From contig NC_068987.1 in the NCBI RefSeq assembly GCF_001194135.2, positions 34,726,282 to 34,790,175 on the forward strand: a stretch of DNA of 63,894 bases, read 5' to 3'. The notes below the pieces were generated by a model that saw only the letters and a program-made list of their open reading frames with translations, was not told where the DNA came from and searched no databases. Every line of letters begins with the position of its first letter. Within the stretch, counting starts at the first letter, position 1. This document shows positions 25,060 to 39,249 of the stretch, piece after piece. The position numbers and the translations under genes are program-made. The stretch comes from Octopus bimaculoides (taxonomy: Eukaryota).

Positions 25060-25330
25060 ACCAGAGCATCCAGACATTATTCGCATAGAACAGTGAGAGG
25101 TAAGTCTTAGTCTGATTTTTTGGAACCCTAAAGAACCCGCTCGCGCATTAACAGCAAAAAAGGCACAGGACCAGACTTTAGATCGTGTAGGTGTATTATT
25201 ACCTACTCCAATGTTTACACACGGCCAGTTATATGTAATTTGAAATGGAGTGTCGACCAAACAGAAAATAATGTCTAAAAATAAGTTTTGTAATCATATT
25301 GATAATATCGAAAGGAATATGATTCATAAT
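25060..25330 (+). mobile_element. Helitron PIF1-helicase C-terminal fragment
   Basis: ALTAKKAQDQTLDRVGVLLPTPMFTHGQLYV at ~25145-25240 (cf. AFAMTINKAQGQTL..VG.YLP.PVF.HGQLYVA). Confidence 0.8.
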
Positions 25331-26109
25331 TTCAATGAGGGAGTTTCTGAACTTTGAATCGATAAGGGTATAAACAAGCGTAAAATAGTGTAAACAATTG
25401 AAATGAAAGTAAATCTAAATAACATTTTTGTTAATACTTTTTATGTGGTGGTCCAAGGAAGGTCTAGCTTTCGTTAGGAGTAGTCCACATAACCATTCAT
25501 GATACAGAGGCTGGGAGCCTATTTCAGTTCGGAGGTGAATCGAGATCACATGTTCCTTTGTCGCAAACACGTCATATAGCTGAAATAGAATGCTGTAGCA
25601 CCAACAATAATGTGATTTCTCTGATATCACCCAGTAATCTCTCAAGTCCATTGATACACTTCTCAATACGTACAACTGTTTTGACTTCCCTACCTCATTT
25701 TATGCCTCAATAGTAGATGGGTAGATTTGCTACAATTATTAAACCACATTATCGTGGCTTAATGTCAATACAACCGGTAATATAACCGTCTCTGTATAGC
25801 TTCCATTTGAAACAGAATCACATAAAAATATGGATGCACCCTGTATTTTTCTGAAACAGCCTCGCTGCAACCAATTTAACGTTGCAACTACCTCGTATGA
25901 ATTTTGATCCAGTTGTAAGTATAGAAAGAGAAAGATTACATAAAAAATTGTAAAACATTTCAGCAAAAATATAGGTACGGGATTTGGCATAGATAAGTGC
26001 ACAGTATTAGATTTGTAGGATTTTTCTGTCAATCTTCCTTATTTCGCTCATATTCCAGTTCATTGAAACTGTAAATAACAAATGGAACTGCTTAGGAATG
26101 TATAGCTAA

Positions 26110-26310
26110 CACCGAGTTGCATGCATTTTCGTGGTTAGAAAGATCAACAAAATGCTTAGCCGTCGCTACTTTCTGATTTCAGATTCCACCAAGGTCGACA
26201 TTCCATTTCATACTTTCGAGGTCGATGAATTAAGTACCAGTGAAACATGGGAGTTCCTCTAATAGATAAGTCACCACTACACAAATTTAAGGCCTTTTGC
26301 CCATACTAAA
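26110..26310 (+). mobile_element. SINE family B, degenerate
   Basis: aatgcttagc..ttc(a)gattccaccaaggtcgac..tttcatactttcgaggtcgatgaattaagtaccagt matches 55230-55660 and 61240-61450. Confidence 0.75.
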
Positions 26311-26319
26311 AATAGGATT

Positions 26320-26478
<159 letters not shown>

Positions 26479-27410
26479 CAGTAGATTTATTTTTATAGCG
26501 TACTTTCACTTCACTACCGAGCGCAGCTCTGTGTGCCTTGGGTATGTGCTGTGGTTTGCTGTGATGCTCTTATGGCTACTGTATTGAAAGTGTTTTGCTT
26601 GAGATGTGTGCAGTGCCTAGTAGTGCAATTTTCTGTATCATATATATACTTGTAAGTCCTGGTGTTTTTGTTATGTATTTGCCTGAATATTTTTTTATCA
26701 TACCTAATGCGCCTACTATGATAGGAATTGTTTCTGTTTTAGATTCCACATTCGAGTTACCTCTATTTCCAGGTCTTTGTATTTTGAAAGTTTCTCCATT
26801 TCTTTTAGTGAAACGTTGTCATCTGCTGGTATTGATACATCAATTAGAAAGCAGTTTTTTCTTCATGATTTCTGATAATTAAGGCATACTGGCCTTAATT
26901 TCTCTATCTGTGTGCATTGGCATATCCCAGAGTATGGTTGTTTCTCGCTTTCTGTTAACGTTTCTGGCGTGTGACTATACCATCTTTTTTCTGTCATTAT
27001 TCCATAATGCTGGCATAGCTTCCAGTGTATGTAGGTCCCAGCTCTGTTGTATCTATGAATATATTCCTTCTTCGCCATGACTGGGCAGCAAGAGATAATA
27101 TGGTTTATTGTTTCTTGTCCATCGCTACATATTCTGCAGTCACTTGTTATGTTTCTTTTCATTATATGTTTTTGCTAATTTCTTGTGGGGAGGCTTTGGT
27201 CTTGTGCAGCAATTAAAAATCCTACAGTCTTTGCTTTGAGTTCTGATCTTCTCAACCATTACTGTGGTTTTTCTCTGTGTATTTCGTTTGCATTTAGTTT
27301 AGACTAGTTTTAGCCATGAAGGGGCTTTTCTTGACATCGTTTCATCATGGTCCGTTGCTGGTCTAATTTTAGCTTGGATTTCATTTGTTTTATAGATTTT
27401 GTTGGTGTTT
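26479..27410 (-). mobile_element. R4/Dong-like element, 3' part (post-RT, CCHC knuckle, RLE nuclease, 3' UTR)
   Basis: EKPLHG..WLRRSELKAKTVGFLIAAQDQSLPTRN..CRICSDGQETINHIISCCPVMAKKEYIHR..KIALLGTAHISSKTLSIQ; the 3' UTR is highly similar to 46544-46640. Confidence 0.9.
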
Positions 27411-27625
27411 CTTCTTCTTCTTCTTCTTCTTCTTCTTCTTCTTCTTCTTCTTCTTCTTCTTCTTCTTCTTCTCCTCTTCCTCCTCCTCCTACCCTCCTTA
27501 TTATCTCCTCCTCCTCCTCCCCCTCCTTATTATTCTCCTCCCCTTCCTCCTCCTCCTTATTATTCTCCTCCTCTACCTCCTCCTCCTCCCCCTCCTCCCC
27601 ATCCTTATTATTCTCCTCCCTACCT
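27411..27625. repeat. (CTT)n/(CCT)n low-complexity tract with recurring ccttattattctcc unit
   Basis: Directly visible. Confidence 0.95.
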
Positions 27626-27629
27626 TATT

Positions 27630-28030
27630 TGTAATGCAGTTATTACCTTTTACTATAGGTTCTTTTTCGTTTGATCTGTATCTATTATGTTGTGGTATGT
27701 TTCACCTACTGCTTGGTCTTTCTTTTCCGGTTCTCTTGCGATCTCGTCCACCTCCAATTCTGTCATCCAATTTCTTTTCCTAATAGCATTAGCTTGATCT
27801 ACTAGTTTCTCTTTAGTAATTTTAAACATACCCTTATCAAACCAATATGTTAACATTCCTTTTCTATAGCCCCTTCTTTTACTTTCACTTTCTAAGTAGT
27901 AATGTATCATTCCTGTTTTCTTCACTGGTCTACTTCATCCTCTTTAAACTATTATATGCTGAGGCTGTCTTAGGTTAACAGTTGTGGACATGCTCTCAAG
28001 TGAGCTTCCCTTAAAGGTTCAACCTCATTT
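27630..28030 (-). mobile_element. R4/Dong-like ORF N-terminal fragment
   Basis: RMK*TSEENR-MIHYYLESESKRRGYRKGMLTYWFDKGMFKITKEKLVDQANAIRKRNWMTELEVDEI resembles the recalled KWT.EEN..CYY..GYRKRM..W..KGMF..TEQRL.DQAR.I..W N-terminus of this clade. Confidence 0.65.
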
Positions 28031-29189
28031 TCGTGGTAACACCAGACTTTACACACAAACTCTTGTCTCTCAAAAATTGAGGTGAGTTAACGTTCGTCAC
28101 CATCGTCATCACCACTATTAGTGTTCAATATTTTATAGTTTTAAGCAACTTTCTATTGCATCATTTCCTGCACTTTTGTGCTGGTGGGTGTGTGCTTGAT
28201 TTTTCCCTTTCTTTTTATTTTTGTATGCTTTGTTATGCGTTTGGTCTAGGTTTTCTGCTGTATTAGTTTTTGTATTGTATGTTTTGTACAGCAGGTTGTG
28301 TTCTTCTTTCAGGTGTTGGACTTCTATGGCAAATATGGATTTTTTTTTATTTTTGGGTGGGTGTATACTCTATGAAATTATTCCTGTAAGTTATTCGCGG
28401 AGTGTATATTGGTATGTGTATATCATAAATTAGCCATTTCATTGTATTCGCGGTTATCTGTCCATCATTCTTTTCTTTTTGTGGTTTTGTTATGGGACCT
28501 TCTTTATAGCCTTTACTTTTTGACAGAACACCGCACATGGTGTTTATGATTATTTTTGGTGTATAAGCGTGATACTGAGAAGAAACAGCAATGCGCATAT
28601 ATATATATATAGAGAGGGTTTGTATATATACGGATGGGTACATATGTGATTAATATATGATTAAAATCTTACAGGTAAACACAGTTTTCGCATAGAGGTA
28701 TTACAGTCCATGTGTTTACATTTTCACACGCGTTTTGTTGTGGCGGCGCATCTGAGGCAAGCTATTGTATACACACACACACACACATAAACACGTGCCA
28801 ATATCCTCAAATCTCGTGAATCATTCATATGGTTTTTGCAGAATACAGGAGCCCACTTTTTGGCATGTCAAAAATGTGACTCACAAATTTCAATATATTT
28901 CAGTCTCGTAGGTAATAGTTTGAGTGTAGTGATAATTGCACCATGGGTATAGGTGTCTTGGTTTTCTATAATCTCTTCAAATCTTTGGTTATGTCCTTAT
29001 ATTTCTCACTTATTTTTTTAAAAATCCTTTAGTGCATTCTGTTACTGTAAGAGATTACAAAGTCAATGTTCTTACGCTATTTGCATATTTTGTCCTCCAT
29101 AATCGTATCTTTTTTTTACTTGCTGCAATAGAATGGTCCATCTTTATGAGGAAGGTCCGTAAGACCATGTAATTCTTATTCACTATTAA

Positions 29190-29700
29190 CATCCTCTAGT
29201 TTTGTTCATAACGCTTACCTGGTATCTCGAAATCATTCGCTCGGCTAAGATTGCAGTACCCTCATTTACTTATGCAGTGATGCCTGGGATTATACACTTT
29301 TGATGCCAGCTTACTGCATTCACTCAAGTGAAGGTTACTATATTCGTATACTTTCTACATTTGCTCTCCAGTTGAGTTATGTATATCATCACTTTTATTA
29401 CATTCACCCAAATGGCTTGATCCTAAGTAGCTATAATTAGCGCTTCGTGTAACGACCGTCAGCTATATCTGACATACTTTAGCTTCATCATCGTTGGTCT
29501 GATGCAAGAATTGGCAACGTAATTATGTTTCTTTCCATCTGTTTACCTTGTTGTTTTTCCTTCTGTTCTTGATTTCGCCTACAGTTTCAGCAACCTTCTC
29601 GGTATATCTCGATGCCGATAGTATTTATTCCTCACTCTGCCTACCATAAGCTTCCAACCCCAGCAGCATAGAGGAGTTTTCCGAAATGAAAACTGTAAGC
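29190..29700 (-). mobile_element. Ancient R4/Dong-like 3' fragment with internal deletion
   Basis: ETVGEIKNRRKNNKVNRWKE..QFLHQT, EALIIAT*DQAIWVNVIK, LSECSKLASKVYNPRH, then GTAIL..FEIPG. Confidence 0.65.
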
Positions 29701-30801
29701 ATCACATGAGAAGTATGTTTAAGAGCTGTTACATATAGAAGCAGAAAACATCGAAATGTATTCAGTGTAGGATATCCAAAAACAGGAAAGAAAAAAAGAA
29801 TCAGCAACATAATATTGTTCATTTTGTTCCGATGATGGCAGAAGATACTTGTCTGTCCTGGGCAAAAGAAGCTGCAATGTTCTCATGACAAAAATCGAGC
29901 CATGAAAACAAAATACCCCGTCGTGGCAACTGCATTGAAGACAAGCAGAGACAACCACACAATAACAGATGTAACGTCTATTCTACGAAAGTACAGACAG
30001 TCATAACCTCACCGCAGCACAAACGCATCCAGTTGTCAAGGAGCAAACATATTAAATATATCAAACTGCTACAATGCTTCCTTCTACCAACAACTTTGTA
30101 AATATTTATATATAGTACATTTCTAATATGAGAAATGTTATACATTGTCAGTCATTTAAGGACAGTGAAACCAACTGTCTTTTGAAATTGAAGTGGAAAT
30201 GATTGTAACATATCTTCATGGAAAGCATACAGACACTCATCTACAATATGAAGCATTATCGGTTGAAATACACATTTTAATGAAGAGATTTTCAAAGAAA
30301 AGGATCAAAATGTCTCATGAAAATAACATAAATTTAACATGTTAGCAATTGACAAACTCAACATATATTTCACCTGTCAATTATGAATGTAACATTTCTG
30401 GACACTATTTGAATTATTCCTACAAGAGTTGTAATCATATATATTCTAATTTTGAGTGAAAAGTTCATGACAGAAGTATTTTCATCTCATAGTTAGTAGT
30501 CGCTTCTCGAGGCAACTTCATCACAGCAGCATAAATATATTGGATTATTCAGTGACATGTATTACACCTTTATATCTTTTCGAATAAATCCGATAAAATC
30601 ATCAATTGCACATTCTAGAATGGGCACAACTCAATTCGTATTTACATCAAACGCATTGATTGACCCAGACTCTATTTGAAAAATCCACTATAACATGTGT
30701 GTGAAACTAATTTCGAACATAGTATATCTAGTTATAAGTTTTGTACTTAAGAATTTTAGGCAATTTATACAATAGCCAAGAAATGAAAAGTATGCAAACA
30801 C

Positions 30802-30832
<31 letters not shown>

Positions 30833-31689
30833 NNNNNNNNNNNNNNNNNNNNNNNNNNNNNNNNNNNNNNNNNNNNNNNNNNNNNNNNNNNNNNNNNNNN
30901 NNNNNNNNNNNNNNNNNNNNNNNNNNNNNNNNNNNNNNNNNNNNNNNNNNNNNNNNNNNNNNNNNNNNNNNNNNNNNNNNNNNNNNNNNNNNNNNNNNNN
31001 NNNNNNNNNNNNNNNNNNNNNNNNNNNNNNNNNNNNNNNNNNNNNNNNNNNNNNNNNNNNNNNNNNNNNNNNNNNNNNNNNNNNNNNNNNNNNNNNNNNN
31101 NNNNNNNNNNNNNNNNNNNNNNNNNNNNNNNNNNNNNNNNNNNNNNNNNNNNNNNNNNNNNNNNNNNNNNNNNNNNNNNNNNNNNNNNNNNNNNNNNNNN
31201 NNNNNNNNNNNNNNNNNNNNNNNNNNNNNNNNNNNNNNNNNNNNNNNNNNNNNNNNNNNNNNNNNNNNNNNNNNNNNNNNNNNNNNNNNNNNNNNNNNNN
31301 NNNNNNNNNNNNNNNNNNNNNNNNNNNNNNNNNNNNNNNNNNNNNNNNNNNNNNNNNNNNNNNNNNNNNNNNNNNNNNNNNNNNNNNNNNNNNNNNNNNN
31401 NNNNNNNNNNNNNNNNNNNNNNNNNNNNNNNNNNNNNNNNNNNNNNNNNNNNNNNNNNNNNNNNNNNNNNNNNNNNNNNNNNNNNNNNNNNNNNNNNNNN
31501 NNNNNNNNNNNNNNNNNNNNNNNNNNNNNNNNNNNNNNNNNNNNNNNNNNNNNNNNNNNNNNNNNNNNNNNNNNNNNNNNNNNNNNNNNNNNNATTTTTG
31601 TATGTAATATAATTTTAATCTTCGGATGTTTTTAATATGCTAGACCACTGGTTTTAATTGATTAATATAAATTTCTACCCCCATTAATA

Positions 31690-31725
<36 letters not shown>

Positions 31726-33380
31726 TTAGAGAAAAGAACCGACGTTCATGAACTCATCCATGAAAATACACAGTCACATATAGAAAAATATTTATATATT
31801 TTATACTGTGAAACTTAATTTAATTTTAATTTTTGATAAATTGAATTTAATTGAGTTTTTCCCTGTAAATTTACCTGTAAATTCCGCAACATGTGCATCG
31901 ACAACAGATTAAAAACTCTGACTTCTGCCAAATACCACTGAGTAACCATCTGGCAACATCTGGTCGTGAAACTTTTATGATATTTCCATTACGTAAACAT
32001 TACAACCTGAATGAAATTGAGAGAAAACACAAACAAACAATGATTAAATTAACAAACAATGATTAAATTAATCTTACTTGGGGTTGAAAAATCTTATGTC
32101 TATAACTAAAACAAAATGCCTCAAATGTCATCATTTCTAAAAATAAACTTGGCATCATTTCTAAAAATAGCCAAATACCTACTGCTGCTCTCCAAAGGAA
32201 TAGGTATGAAAGACAAAAGAACAGCCAGTCTGTGACAGTGCATCTGACGGACGGGACCTTGATGAATGCTATGAGGCATGAAATATACTAGTCCTTATAT
32301 ATTTAATACTCTATATTTAATACTCAATATTTCATATATTCAATACTTCATTTCATTTTACCATTTATATTACACATTCCATATTCTATATCACACATTA
32401 ATTTTATAAGAATATAAATAAAACATAAAAAAACAGAGTTGGAACTCTTTTAAAATATACATATATATATAAACATATACATATACACATATATACATAT
32501 ATACATATATATATAAATNNNNNNNNNNNNNNNNNNNNNNNNNNNNNNNNNNNNNNNNNNNNNNNNNNNNNNNNNNNNNNNNNNNNNNNNNNNNNNNNNN
32601 NNNNNNNNNNNNNNNNNNNNNNNNNNNNNNNNNNNNNNNNNNNNNNNNNNNNNNNNNNNNNNNNNNNNNNNNNNNNNNNNNNNNNNNNNNNNNNNNNNNN
32701 NNNNNNNNNNNNNNNNNNNNNNNNNNNNNNNNNNNNNNNNNNNNNNNNNNNNNNNNNNNNNNNNNNNNNNNNNNNNNNNNNNNNNNNNNNNNNNNNNNNN
32801 NNNNNNNNNNNNNNNNNNNNNNNNNNNNNNNNNNNNNNNNNNNNNNNNNNNNNNNNNNNNNNNNNNNNNNNNNNNNNNNNNNNNNNNNNNNNNNNNNNNN
32901 NNNNNNNNNNNNNNNNNNNNNNNNNNNNNNNNNNNNNNNNNNNNNNNNNNNNNNNNNNNNNNNNNNNNNNNNNNNNNNNNNNNNNNNNNNNNNNNNNNNN
33001 NNNNNNNNNNNNNNNNNNNNNNNNNNNNNNNNNNNNNNNNNNNNNNNNNNNNNNNNNNNNNNNNNNNNNNNNNNNNNNNNNNNNNNNNNNNNNNNNNNNN
33101 NNNNNNNNNNNNNNNNNNNNNNNNNNNNNNNNNNNNNNNNNNNNNNNNNNNNNNNNNNNNNNNNNNNNNNNNNNNNNNNNNNNNNNNNNNNNNNNNNNNN
33201 NNNNNNNNNNNNNNNNNNNNNNNNNNNNNNNNNNNNNNNNNNNNNNNNNNNNNNNNNNNNNNNNNNNNNNNNNNNNNNNNNNNNNNNNNNNNNNNNNNNN
33301 NNNNNNNNNNNNNNNNNNNNNNNNNNNNNNNNNNNNNNNNNNNNNNNNNNNNNNNNNNNNNNTATATATATATATATTAT

Positions 33381-33537
33381 TGGCGGACTTCTTTTAGTTT
33401 CCGTCTACCAACTCCCCTCACAAATTTCGGTCGGCCCGAGGCTATAGTAGAAGACAAGTGCCCTAGGTGCCACGCAGTGGGACTGAACCTGGAACCATGT
33501 TGTTGGTAAGCAAGCTACTTAACACACGACCACTCCA
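33381..33537 (-). mobile_element. SINE family A head
   Basis: The reverse complement ggagtggtcgtgtgttaagtagcttgcttaccaacaacatggttccaggttcagtcccactgcgtggcacctagggcacttgtc has tRNA-like A/B boxes. Confidence 0.85.
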
Positions 33538-35496
33538 ACTCTTATCCAAAAGTGTAAGAAATATCTTCCCAATTAAAATTATCATGATTCAACGGTTTAA
33601 AAAAAAGTAAAGGACAGATCTCTGTCATATCGATACTCAAAAATATCGGTGAATTTTGTCTCTACTGTTATGGCTTTCGAAATTCTGCATTCATTTTATT
33701 TTAAATACTTCAAAGCGATAATAACAAATTTTGTAGTACTTTAAGAAAAGTTTTGATGTATTTTGAGATATTACATTTAGTATATTTTTTACGGATAGTA
33801 GATTTCTTGCGACACTATGAGAATAAGGTTATACATTTTGTCTAGTAAACTATACATTCCGAAGTGCCAAAAATATGGAGGACTACATTCTTGGAAAACA
33901 TTTGCATACAAACAGATGCAACGGCATAAAATTATCGGAAATCGGGTCTAACAAAATTTTATTTCACATGAAAGAGCTGGATTTGTAAAGGGATACAGGT
34001 AATAATATATTTGATACATAATGCATTTTCAAGAAGAGAGATGATACAATGGGAGGAAATAGCATAGATACGAACAGGTTCACCCAATTAAACAAACTGC
34101 TTTGTTTATTTATGTCATCTTCCTTTTTTCTTGAATCCAATTCACTCTATTGCATTGTATCACATAAAAGTTAGATATAAATAAACTTGTTTTAAACTAT
34201 ATGGTATCTATGTTTATCTATCTATATAACTATATCTTTGTGGATCTATCTTCCTATGTTTCTATATATGTATGTATGTATGTATACATGTATGTATGTA
34301 TGGGTGTATGCATGTATGTATCTATTTAGACATACTGACGCGTACACAAACTTACATAAGTATGTGTGTGGTGTATGTATATATATATGTAGCAAAGAGT
34401 ATCGGCCAAGCAAAAGGTATCGGTTTTCCCTTCCTGCAGGATATTTTTCATAGACATTCTTTTCATTAAATTTAGATAGAGTGAACACTGTTTTGGAAAA
34501 CAGAGTAAAGAATAGTGAAGCTATTACAATTATACACTGCGGTGTTCGAATATCACAAAAAAACCCGCCTACATGGATTCTTATATTTTCCCACTTGGAG
34601 ATATTTAAACATAGAATTTCGTAAGTTTTAAACTCAGCCTGCCCATGGTCACAACAAAATCCTGAGATTTGTTCTCCCTATCGCCATAATAGTTATTCGC
34701 CAACTTAACTCTGAGTCAATTTACCATATCTTTCTCTGTGTCTATTTTTCACTTTATCTTTTTCAGTCTCAGTATGGATATATGTGTCTCCGTGTGTATT
34801 TATATGTGTGTTTGTGTATGTATATTTGTTTGTATGTGCATCTGTAGGTATGTATGTCTCTTTCTGTCCATCTATACATCTATTTGTTGCTGTAATTACT
34901 TCTGTCGGTAAGTAATCTTAAATTTGTGTCAACGTGTGCTTACCATTTCAACAGACTCTAACCGTAATTTGCACTTGTAATGCTCATATTATGTTTATAT
35001 CTTATTAATATTCATTTTATATTTGACACTTGAGATAAATGTTTGACAATTATATCCGTTTTCCTCATTAGTCATTTGTACTATGACTAGCACAAAGGCT
35101 TTCATCGTTAATTCTACTTCTGTAGCCAATAATTTTCTAGTCTCATTTGATTGATCATTCAGCAATTATCAAAAGATTTAGCAGGGACTTAATACGTGCT
35201 AAAATGTCATCCTGGTCGTATTTATTTCTATGTTCAACATTCATTCGTTCTCTTATCAGCTGACTTGCATTCGCTGTTGATCAATTGTCCTTGATAAATG
35301 GCTCTCTTCATCGGCAAATGAATTATCCTACCGATTTCTTATGATTTGATGAATATAGTGCTCTTATTAGAATCATTTATTTACTCCTACATGTATACAC
35401 CACAACAAATGTTTATATACAAACACACATACTGATATATGTATATATACACATACGTATGTATATATGCATATATATACGTATGTGTATCTCTCA

Positions 35497-35543
<47 letters not shown>

Positions 35544-37130
35544 ATGTATGTGTGTGTTTCTGTGCGTGCGTGCGTGCGTGTGTTTACGTGTATAACACTT
35601 CTGAGTTAGCATTGTGTATTGAATAGAATGATTTATTGTTTCAACTTCGTTCTTGCATGAAGAGGCCTGTTCAAGAAATATTTTCCTAAGATAATTACTT
35701 TTGCCTGTTCGTTTAGCATACCTTTATACATTGTATCACTGTATTTTTTTTTCTTTTTGCATAGCTACTCATACCCACAATTGTACAACTAAAATGAGTA
35801 AAACTAAAACATTTATATATAATATTATCACATATCATATAGGGTCAAGTATGATCTACATTTTAAAGTCTTGTATTTGATTTGTATGAAGACGACCATC
35901 TGGTATTGGAAAAGACAAAGAAAATATTGTGATTTGAATTCAATGTCTCAAATTGCACAAATAAATACCGTAAGTATTGTTCCAGGGTCATTCCTGTACG
36001 TCTATTTGTATGGTCATGCCGTGCATATAATTCCAATAATAGCTATTCTAGGCACTAAATAGACATTTAATTGTCCTCCTACTGACTTTCCAATAAATAT
36101 ATATATGCGTTATACGCAGTTATTAGTGAATAGTTTCCATGCCCCTTACAGATTTGTATTTTTCCATAAAATGATAAACTATATTTCGGACAGCCACGAT
36201 GATGAGAGAGTGAATGCATCTTAGTTCAGAACGCAACAAATATAGCATAGTAAGTCTTTAGATAAATATCTTCTTGGATTTCTTAGGAAATATTTAAAAT
36301 TTGTTCGCATACACAGGGACGTTGCATATTTTGGATGTAGTTTCAGTGCAATTTCAAGAAAAAATAGAAGATATTTGACAATATTAAATAGAACTGTAAA
36401 GCTTGGTGCAATTCTGATGAGGTATATATTAAAGCAGTGTATCTACCTATATATCTAACTATCTATCAATTTATATCTATCTATCTCTATCTACGCGAAT
36501 ACTCAAACACAAACACAGACCTACATACACACTCACGCAAACAAACACACGAACACACACAAATACACATACACACACAAATAGAGGAGTTCTTCCAAAA
36601 CTTTTCCCAGTAGATCCCAACAGTGGTCCCAACCCTTTAATTTCCCACATTTTCCCACGCACTGCTTTTAATATGCTTATTACCTAAACCTAAGACTTTT
36701 TAAAAGGAGTAAGTAAAATACTGTTTTCAATTTATTTGTAGTGAATTAACAAGGCAAATAAATCTCCAAACTACGTTTATTAATTGTTTTTCACATAGTC
36801 ATTTATAATGTGGACTTCAAAAGTTTAAAAAACTTAAAACAATAAAATCGTCATGATTAGAAACTTCTCTTTCTAGCTTTATAGCAAATACCCGTACGGT
36901 TATTTTCAACTTTATACGTAATAGAGAGGAAATGAATATTTTCAATGCGTTTAATAAAGTACTTCATTGTCAATATTCAGTTCAGTCGTCTTCATCGCAA
37001 AAGATAAGTTGACTAATACTGCCATCCGCTAAAGAATGATAAGATTTTAGGCAATTAACGCGTCTTCTTCCAGAAATTCATGCTTAGCTTACAAATAGAA
37101 ATGTAAGCTACCTTTGTCATCAGTCTAAAG

Positions 37131-37195
37131 ATATGGTTCCGAACCTGGGGCCCACCGACCCCGGTGGTCCGCAAATATAGTACTGGGTTTCAGTG
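37131..37195. mobile_element. Possible hAT-type MITE terminus
   Basis: atatggttccgaacctggggcccaccgaccccggtggtccgc resembles CAGTGGTTCCCAACCTG..GGGTCC hAT MITE ends; no partner TIR found. Confidence 0.3.
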
Positions 37196-37208
37196 AAATA
37201 AATTCAAA

Positions 37209-37245
<37 letters not shown>

Positions 37246-37465
37246 ATATATATATAAAATACATACATACATACATGCATACATACATACATACGTAGAT
37301 ATGTCACTGTTGTTTTATCCCGAAGAAATATCCTTTCAAGGTTTCTATACGACACATAATCTGTGTTCCTATATCTCGTAACAAGGAGCTCAGCGCTCAC
37401 CAGCCAGCGCAAAATAACATCTCTGGACTAGTTTCTTGGTTATAAATACACAGTGTACCGTATAT

Positions 37466-37897
37466 CCAGCTAGGAACGATGTTTGATAGGGTTAAAACAC
37501 CAGTAACATCGTCCCTTTAAGGATAGCCACATTAAGTTGGCAAATAACATTTACCTTAAAGAACTGTTACTGTATGTCTCTCTTTGGGAGATTTAGAAAT
37601 AATAATATTTCTAATTTTATGTCAGTGGCTGTGTGCCTCTTTGGAAACTATATGTTCGAAAGGTGAATCCAGCAACGCAATCTACCCATGCAGCTACGCT
37701 GTGTTGATAAACGGTAATAACCCAGAAACTAGTGCACATATTTTGTTTTGTCCTCGATGGCGAAAGCTGAGATCCCTGTTCGAAAATATAAGGACATAAA
37801 TATTGTGTCGCATTGCCAGTTAGGAACGGTGTTTCTTGGAGCTAAAACAACAGAAACATCGTCTCTTTCAGAACAGCCACATTATGTTGGCAAATAG
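37466..37897. repeat. Imperfect ~82-bp direct repeat (37466-37548 and 37816-37897)
   Basis: ccagctaggaacgatgttt..taaaacaccagtaacatcgtc..tagccacattaagttggcaaata vs ccagttaggaacggtgttt..taaaacaacagaaacatcgtc..cagccacattatgttggcaaata. Confidence 0.85.
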
Positions 37898-38354
37898 CAG
37901 AAGATATATTACATTAAATAGCAGTACATATATTACTATTACATTAAATTCAAATCACAGTCCTAACTATGCCTGTCATAAAACGAGAGAGAAAATACAG
38001 GAAAATAAATAAAATTTATATATTTCTCTATCTCTCTGTTTAATAACTGTTATATGACATATTCAATGGTGAAACGCCTTTATGTGATATTGGACGACCT
38101 TAATATATGAACGCACAATCAATTTGTACTTTAAGGGAAAGAGTTCTGAGCCATATTATTTCCTTTAATACTCTCAGTTCCCACACTAAGTGCATGAAAG
38201 GAATAAATTCGTCACAAAGTTTCATACACTGACTTTCGTGAAATTTCTGACGCAAAACCGCTCAAGTGCACACATACATACATTCATTCATTCATTCATT
38301 CATTCATTCATACATGCATACATACGTACATACATACATACATGCATGAATACA

Positions 38355-38385
<31 letters not shown>

Positions 38386-38389
38386 GTAT

Positions 38390-38988
38390 ATATAGATATA
38401 GGGTAGGGAATTGTCAATTAATTAATAAATTATTAATTAACAATTTTGCGTAGTAGTTCGGTATGCAAAAAAAAAAAAACCTTTATCGGTAAAACTTTTA
38501 TAAGTTTAAACATAATTTAGGGATCAGCAAAAATTGCTTCACCAACATACCGAAAATTTAGAAATAGCAGTTAAACTACTAATTCTACTACTACAATATA
38601 TCTCCAACAGATAGCGATATTCATGACTCACATAGGTAAAAGAAGAAAAATAAACAAAACAAACCTGCCGTTAGTTAATCATGTACGCGTTTCATGTCTA
38701 GAATTTTATAAAAATTCACTTCACTCATCAGCATGATATTTTAAATTATAAATTTGAAAATGCTAATAAACTCATGCATATTTGACCATGCGACATCAAA
38801 CATCACATAAGGAAATCAGCATCTCCAAATTGATATCGACTAGTAACTTCCGTATCTGTCCTCAAATTACTCCATGTGCGTCACGAATAGTCCCGCAGAT
38901 AAAGTTTTTTTGCATACCGAACTACTTGGCAAAATTGTTAATTATTAATTTATTAATTAATTGACAATTCCCTGCCCTATATCTATAT
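38390..38988. mobile_element. MITE, ~600 bp, with ~95-bp TIRs and TA-rich termini
   Basis: atatagatatagggtagggaattgtcaattaattaataaattattaattaacaattttgc..tagttcggtatgcaaaa is the near-perfect inverted copy of ttttgcataccgaactac..gcaaaattgttaattattaatttattaattaattgacaattccctgccctatatctatat. Confidence 0.9.
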
Positions 38989-39249
38989 TGATAATCTACT
39001 CCTGGATAGTTAAACTGCAATTTTTTTTCTGCGGGACTATTCGTGACACACATGTGGTAATTCGCAATGTTCTGTTATGAGTTTATGCTGGGCATCTAAC
39101 TCATCATGAATACGTTTGTTTGAGAAAGATTTTTAATGTAATCTCATGTTCGGCATCCTTTTTTAATTTTGAGCTATTGATGGTCGTTTTTGCCTTATTA
39201 ATGGCTTGATTTAAATAGGATTGATTCAATATGATAATAAGTGTATGGA

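Noticed and set aside
27347-27783. Extensin-like PPPYYSPP and poly-Ser/Leu ORFs
   Set aside because: Antisense translations of the CTT/CCT tract.
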